Under the pieces are notes generated by a model, which did no database searches, was not told the origin of the DNA, and saw only the letters and a list, made by a program, of their open reading frames with translations. From contig URRW01000003.1 of the NCBI GenBank assembly GCA_900550285.1, positions 41,478 to 105,477 of the forward strand: a stretch of 64,000 bases of DNA, written 5' to 3'. This document shows positions 59,036 to 64,000 of this stretch, one piece after another. The position numbers and the translations under genes were made by a program. The stretch comes from an uncultured Lachnospiraceae bacterium. Its GTDB lineage: Bacteria; Bacillota; Clostridia; Lachnospirales; Lachnospiraceae. Position 1 is the first letter of the stretch; each line of letters starts with the position of its first letter.

Positions 59036-61174
59036 ATGAATATAAGATGTAAAATGTGCGGAGCAGCGGTTCAGGTAAATACGAAAGAGCACGTCGTAGT
59101 TTGCGAATATTGCGGTTCCTCAATTACTTTGCCGTCCCTTGAGGATGAAACGAAAACGCTTTTGTATAATCGTGCAAATCAAAGCCGTTTGCGCAGTGAG
59201 TTTGATAATGCTTATAAACTTTTTGAAGATTTATTGAAAACAAATCCGGAAGATCCGGAAATATATTGGTCGCTGCTTTTATGCCGTTATGGAATTGAAT
59301 ATGTGAAAGATCCTAAAACGGATAAATTTATTCCGACTTGTCATAGAACGTTGATGCGTCCTATTTATGAGGACGAGGATTATCAGGATGCAATAAAATA
59401 TGCATCTCCTGAAATGAGAAAAATTTATGAACAAGAAGCGGTAGAAATTGATCATATTCAGCAGGCTACTTTGCGTGCGGCAAAAGATATACCGCCATTT
59501 GACATTTTTATCTGCTATAAGGAAACAGATGAATTTGACAACAGGACAGTTGACAGTGTTCTGGCACAGAATTTATATGATAAATTGACGGGGGAAGGGT
59601 ATCATGTTTTTTATTCCAGAGAAACGTTGAAAGAAATTCCAGGTGAAGCTTATGAACCATATATATATGCAGCATTACGAAGCTCTAGGATAATGATTAT
59701 TGTCGGTACATGTCCAGAATTTTTATATGCTCGTTGGGTAAAGAATGAGTGGAGCCGTTTTATCAGTTTTATGGAAAAAGGGGAAAAGAAGTATCCGATT
59801 GTCGCTTATAAGGGGATGAATCCTCGTGAAATTCCAATTGAACTGGCTCATAGTGAAGCTTTGGACATGAATGCCATAGGATTTGTAGAAGATTTGCTTC
59901 GAGGGGTTCGGAGAATATTTGAAGGAAAGGTAACAAATTCTAATACGTTGTCAACAGGCGGTTTCTTAGAGGCAGGATTTTTGGCGGTGGCAACAAAAGA
60001 ATATGAAAAGGCGGCTGAGTTGTTTCAACAGGCTATTACAATTGATTCCTCTAATCCGTGTGCATATTTAGGTATGATTGGGGCAGTAGATGAAGAAAAG
60101 AAAGAACTGTACTACCAAAAGCTTTGTGAAGTTTCTTCAAAAAGAAATCGCGAGAGCGAACAACAATATTTAAAACTTTTAAAAGATAATATTGAAAGAG
60201 TACTATATTGCTTTATAGATCATAATGACATTTTGAGAATTAAGGAGTGCATTGCTACAGGGGCAGATTTAAGTATGGGGCTTTGCTATGCTGTCCAGAA
60301 AGAAAAAAAGGAGGTGGTAATCTGCTTATGTGGGGCGGAAGGAATTAATTTGGATGTATTGGTTAATGATCAGACAGCGTGTCCTGCTAGTATTGCATGT
60401 AGTGTCAAAAATAGTGAAATATTAGAATATCTATTGGAGAGGGGCGCATCTACAGATACGATTATTGAAAATACAGAACATTCAGATTATGATACACTTC
60501 TATCATATTGTATCCAAATTTATTATCCAGAGGGTATTAAAATATTACTTGATCATGGGGCAGAGGCAATAGAAAGATTTGGGAATAGGCAGTGCACAGT
60601 GCTTTCATTAGCAATAAGGAATTCATATAGGGATATTTGTGAAATGTTATTAGAGCATGGCGCAGATATTAATGCGATTTCTGATGTGATTCCGACATTT
60701 GTTTGGGCAATATTTGGAGATGTAGAGATGATAAGTTTTATTATTGAACAACATGCTAATTTAGATTTAAAATGGGAAGTAAATAATAAAAATTATAATA
60801 TTGTTTCGTATGCTTATAATTGTGAGGCATATAGGGCATTGGAATATTTAGCAAATAGTAAATATAGATATTTAATAAAAGAACACTTAGATGATTTACA
60901 TTTTGCAAAAAGTATGTTATATTTTCCAAGCAGATTTATTGGAGGAATTATTGTTGTTATATTTGTCGCAATTAGTATTGGAGTAGGAATTGCGGGAAGG
61001 AATGGAATGGAAGCATCTCAGTGGGTAGAAGAGTTTCTGGGAACAATATTGAGCGGTTTCTTGGGGGGACTTTTAGTGTATGTTGCGATAGCAGATTTTT
61101 TAAGAAAAGATGATAATGAAGATATATTATTAGTGAAGGAAGAGATACAATATTTTAAGAATATATTAAAGTGA
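59036..61174 (+). CDS. Zinc-ribbon / TIR-domain / ankyrin-repeat protein with two C-terminal TM helices (island gene C)
   Basis: 712 aa. N-terminal C4 zinc ribbon (CKMCG...CEYCGS). TIR fold aa ~153-285 (DIFICYKETDE...GYHVFYSRETL...IMIIVGTCPEFLYARWVKNEWSRFIS) with a candidate catalytic Glu at ~238. Ankyrin repeats aa ~395-610 (LLERGAST..., LLDHGAEA..., MLLEHGADINA). TM aa ~633-654 and 667-687. Confidence 0.75.
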   Translation: MNIRCKMCGAAVQVNTKEHVVVCEYCGSSITLPSLEDETKTLLYNRANQSRLRSEFDNAYKLFEDLLKTNPEDPEIYWSLLLCRYGIEYVKDPKTDKFIPTCHRTLMRPIYEDEDYQDAIKYASPEMRKIYEQEAVEIDHIQQATLRAAKDIPPFDIFICYKETDEFDNRTVDSVLAQNLYDKLTGEGYHVFYSRETLKEIPGEAYEPYIYAALRSSRIMIIVGTCPEFLYARWVKNEWSRFISFMEKGEKKYPIVAYKGMNPREIPIELAHSEALDMNAIGFVEDLLRGVRRIFEGKVTNSNTLSTGGFLEAGFLAVATKEYEKAAELFQQAITIDSSNPCAYLGMIGAVDEEKKELYYQKLCEVSSKRNRESEQQYLKLLKDNIERVLYCFIDHNDILRIKECIATGADLSMGLCYAVQKEKKEVVICLCGAEGINLDVLVNDQTACPASIACSVKNSEILEYLLERGASTDTIIENTEHSDYDTLLSYCIQIYYPEGIKILLDHGAEAIERFGNRQCTVLSLAIRNSYRDICEMLLEHGADINAISDVIPTFVWAIFGDVEMISFIIEQHANLDLKWEVNNKNYNIVSYAYNCEAYRALEYLANSKYRYLIKEHLDDLHFAKSMLYFPSRFIGGIIVVIFVAISIGVGIAGRNGMEASQWVEEFLGTILSGFLGGLLVYVAIADFLRKDDNEDILLVKEEIQYFKNILK

Positions 61175-61206
61175 AAATTTAAAAATTAGTAGTATTAAAT
61201 ATTTAT

Positions 61207-62797
61207 CCTAGATTATTCACGGAACAGTATCTGAATTGATAACAGTACCATGAATCTGAAAATTGATCCATGCAGCCATAACATCACTCAATTAACCCGT
61301 CAAAAGGGTATAAAATCCCTGTGGCAGAGTTCAGAGCAGTTGTTAAGCTGTCAATGTTCGTTAATAGTTGCTATTCCAGCTGTACATTCAGCTTGCCGAT
61401 ATTTGAAAGTGTCTCATAGAATTCATTCTTATAGGGGCAACTGCTGCACAGTTTGAATGTGATATATCTTGCTGAATGAACTACTTTTGCAGCAATCTTC
61501 AGCAATTTTAAACGGACGGTATCAATGCGTTGCTTTCTCATATTTGCTGATAGCACCAATCTTCTAAACCAATTAAATATGTTATACGCAAGAGCATGTA
61601 CCTGCAGTCTATTGGCATTTACCATTCTGGTATGACTGCTTACGGACGCAAAATCAAAACCGGATTTGCTTTCTTTAATGAAGTTTTCCATCAGCCCTCG
61701 CTTGCAGTAAAATTTGATGAGATACTCTGGTGAGGAATCCATGTTTGTGACAACAAATGTGTACATGTAAACCATTTGGTTTTCCGGCTTTTCAACCTTG
61801 CATACCACACGCCTTTCATAAGGCCATGAACTCGCTCTATACATGAATTCGCCATAGGCTACTGCATAATCGACTTTATTATTTTTGGTGATCTCATCAA
61901 GCTCATCCACAAGATAGGATGCTTTTTTGCGGAGAATGCCATTCTCCTTCAGCCGGATCACATAGCTTGTGCCGTTTTCCTCACACTGCTTATAAAGATC
62001 AGGTGTAGCGAAACCACTGTCACCACGAAGCAGAATACGGATCGCCGGATAATCATTCAGGTATTCATCAAGTATCGGCTGCAGGAAGTCAACCACTCCG
62101 GTAGAGGAATACTCGGTTCCATCACGAAGCTGGATTTTTACCAGATCTCCGGTCATTCCATCATAACAGACAAGTGGATGGTATCCATTGCTTTGATAAT
62201 GAAAGTTAAAGGCTCTGCCTTCCTGTTTGCCGTATGCATCAAGAAGAGTGGAATCCAGATCCAGAATAACAGCCTGTGGCATCTGAATACGATAAACTCT
62301 CTTTCGGAGTATTCTGCCAATCATAAGTAACTGGTTTAAGGTATCTTCATCCATACGGTTAAAGAATCTTGATACCGTAGGCTGTGATGCAAGGGTGTCT
62401 TTTTCAAGTACAGACTTGAATACAGGATCATTTGTAAGTTCATCGGAAGTATCATCTTCAAAGTAGCCTGCAATGATCATATATATCATCTGGAGCAGGT
62501 TTTTCTGATCTGTATGATATCTGAATAATGCAGAATCGTTGGTCTTGAAAACTTTGCCTAAAAGATTATCAATACCAAGTTTTCTTACGAATTCTTTGAT
62601 GAGAAGCAATCCTGCATCGGAGGATAAATGGAATAAGTTTTTTGGAAAATAGATATAAGTGACTACAATGGATTGGAAGTGATACTGGATAGTTGAAAAA
62701 ATGTTGTATCATTTGGCTGGATAAGCTATAATAAGCATGAAAAAATAAGAAAAGGGCTGATGGTACGTCAATATCAACAGCTCCAGAGTGAACAAGG
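61207..62797 (-). mobile_element. Putative IS1380-family insertion sequence (ends tentative)
   Basis: Candidate terminus CCTAGATTATTCACGG at 61207, resembling the ISEcp1 IR start CCTAGATT (as recalled). An imperfect inverted match (CCTTGTTCACTCTGG on the opposite strand) ends near 62797. Size ~1.6 kb fits the family. No clean direct repeats seen. Confidence 0.4.
61371..62609 (-). CDS. IS1380-family DDE transposase (ISEcp1-like)
   Basis: Clear similarity to ISEcp1-type Tnp as recalled (DSGF..., YCKRGLMENFIKESK, ARYITFKLCSSCPYK). First canonical start is TTG 62609, yet similarity continues ~15 codons further upstream with no ATG/GTG. Start degenerate or N-terminus truncated. Confidence 0.8.
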   Translation of the reverse strand: MLLIKEFVRKLGIDNLLGKVFKTNDSALFRYHTDQKNLLQMIYMIIAGYFEDDTSDELTNDPVFKSVLEKDTLASQPTVSRFFNRMDEDTLNQLLMIGRILRKRVYRIQMPQAVILDLDSTLLDAYGKQEGRAFNFHYQSNGYHPLVCYDGMTGDLVKIQLRDGTEYSSTGVVDFLQPILDEYLNDYPAIRILLRGDSGFATPDLYKQCEENGTSYVIRLKENGILRKKASYLVDELDEITKNNKVDYAVAYGEFMYRASSWPYERRVVCKVEKPENQMVYMYTFVVTNMDSSPEYLIKFYCKRGLMENFIKESKSGFDFASVSSHTRMVNANRLQVHALAYNIFNWFRRLVLSANMRKQRIDTVRLKLLKIAAKVVHSARYITFKLCSSCPYKNEFYETLSNIGKLNVQLE

Positions 62798-62874
62798 TTT
62801 TTTGAAAGGGGGTAGAAATAAACAAGGATATAATCAATGAATGTTTGAAAGACCCATAAGAAAGGAGTCAGTTT

Positions 62875-63360
62875 ATGAAGAAAACTTTTGCTATTTCTCT
62901 GCTCATTATTGTGTTATTCACTTTGGTGGCGTGTGGTTCAAAAACGGCACAAGATACTGTATCAAAGGAACTTGGACTGTCTGTGTCTGGTGGTAAAGAA
63001 GTTTCAAATATTAATACATACAGTGGTAGTGAGGGTCATTCCTGTATTGCAATAAGTTTTGAAGATGAAACTGTTTTGGAAGAAATCAAGGGTAATTCCA
63101 AGTGGAAGGAGTTTCCTCTTGATGAAACAATGCAAGCACTTGTCTATGGTTTGGAAGATGAAACAGGTGAGATTGGAGCATTTTTGAGCGATGGACAGGG
63201 AAATCTCTTAGTACCAGAAATTCAGAACGGCTATTATATCTTAATTGACCGTCATTCAGATACAAAAACAAATATTTTGGAGCGAGGTTCGTTTAATTTT
63301 ACTGTGGGATTGTATGATACAGATAGCAGCACGTTGTATTGCTGTAAGCTTGATACTTAA
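62875..63360 (+). CDS. Lipoprotein (hypothetical)
   Basis: Signal peptide with lipobox LVAC-G (MKKTFAISLLIIVLFTLVACGSK); low GC; RBS aaggag. Confidence 0.6.
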   Translation: MKKTFAISLLIIVLFTLVACGSKTAQDTVSKELGLSVSGGKEVSNINTYSGSEGHSCIAISFEDETVLEEIKGNSKWKEFPLDETMQALVYGLEDETGEIGAFLSDGQGNLLVPEIQNGYYILIDRHSDTKTNILERGSFNFTVGLYDTDSSTLYCCKLDT

Positions 63361-63405
63361 ATAACAGCAACGGCTGGCCTATATGGCCAGCCGTTGCTGT
63401 TATTT
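63358..63405. terminator. Bidirectional terminator between convergent lipoprotein gene and hypothetical gene
   Basis: 22-bp stem TAAATAACAGCAACGGCTGGCC-tatat-GGCCAGCCGTTGCTGTTATTT, T-rich on both sides. Confidence 0.8.
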
Positions 63406-63414
63406 TGTGATATA

Positions 63415-63882
63415 TTAAGAGGTAAAGTCGATATTGATCGTGATTTTGTGAAGCACGCCAGTTTGCTGGGAAAGCCATGCCCAGTTGTTTACCGCAGAGG
63501 TAAAAAGACTGTCGTAATTGTTATCCAGTGCAAAATCAAAAACGTCATAGACATGGACTTTGTAGTTTGTACCGGACTTGTTGAGTGTTACAGTGGCGTT
63601 GTGGAGAGCATAAAACAAGTCTGAGTTATCAGATTTGGTGAATTCTCTAACAGCACTGTCATGGGATTTGTTACTGTTTTTAGTTGCAGATAAGAAGTCT
63701 TTGAAAGTGGAAGTGGTTTTGATCTTTTCTGCAAAGGAGCCGTTATCCTCCTTGTAGTTGATGCCGAGAACGGAGTGTTCAACTGCTTTTGCAGCACAAG
63801 GATAACCGGCAAGTTTGGCAGCCTGAGCCGCTGCGAGCCATGCAGCTTTTAGTGTAGCTGTAGAGGAACCCGGCAGGATCAT
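63415..63882 (-). CDS. Hypothetical protein
   Basis: 155-aa ORF, low GC, converging on the lipoprotein gene across a shared 22-bp-stem terminator. Its ATG overlaps the stop of a 12-codon upstream ORF (ATGA). Confidence 0.4.
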   Translation of the reverse strand: MILPGSSTATLKAAWLAAAQAAKLAGYPCAAKAVEHSVLGINYKEDNGSFAEKIKTTSTFKDFLSATKNSNKSHDSAVREFTKSDNSDLFYALHNATVTLNKSGTNYKVHVYDVFDFALDNNYDSLFTSAVNNWAWLSQQTGVLHKITINIDFTS

Positions 63883-64000
63883 TCTGGAGTCGGTATCATC
63901 AGCAGAAGCAGAAACATTGTTCCTCCATCAAAATTTATTTTAATTTGTCTATTGCTTTCTAGTGATAAGGTGTTTACAATACTCATAAAGGGCTCCTTTG

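Noticed and set aside
61250-61456. 68-aa + strand ORF
   Set aside because: Overlaps the 3' end of the transposase gene and the putative IS end; Cys/His-rich translation typical of an off-frame artefact.

Overview
This 64 kb window is high-GC (by eye high-50s %) chromosomal core of a Clostridia-type Firmicute, almost entirely on the + strand, followed by a ~7.8 kb low-GC island (by eye high-30s %) at its 3' end.

Core region (1-56225), in order:
- PadR regulator coupled to a PadR-associated-domain/SEDS (FtsW-RodA-like) fusion protein, then glgP.
- An APH/NahK-like kinase, an anaerobic sulfatase-maturating radical-SAM enzyme and an aconitase-family protein.
- spoIID, an acyl-ACP thioesterase, cvfB, and ftsE-ftsX-M23 peptidase-ctpA.
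- tRNA-Gly(GCC), a MATE exporter, and a Na/Pi-PhoU fusion transporter followed by an OmpR-type response regulator and a histidine kinase.
- A Lys/Ala-rich histone-like protein.
- A decayed sucrose locus: LacI regulator, PTS EIIBC joined out of frame to a frameshifted GH32 gene.
- The CIRCE-controlled hrcA-grpE-dnaK-dnaJ-prmA-rsmE operon, then nifS/thiI, an HPr-like gene, mtaB, ireB-ruvX-DUF1292 and RNase J.
- A YlbF-like regulator, an MltG N-terminal fragment with yrrM-like methyltransferase and U32 peptidase, GS type III, tsaC, rpiB, upp, dCMP deaminase, a SleB-like hydrolase and murF.

Low-GC island (56226 to the window end), starting immediately after murF:
- An operon-like cassette of three genes: a multi-zinc-ribbon/SPFH (Band_7_1-like) protein, a small polytopic membrane protein, and a zinc-ribbon/TIR/ankyrin-repeat/2-TM protein.
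- An IS1380-family transposase, a lipoprotein and a further hypothetical gene.
- I regard the TIR cassette as the most likely undescribed system in the window; candidate membrane-associated anti-phage or abortive-infection module.

No rRNA genes or CRISPR arrays were seen. All calls are from reading the sequence and ORF translations; no database searches were run.
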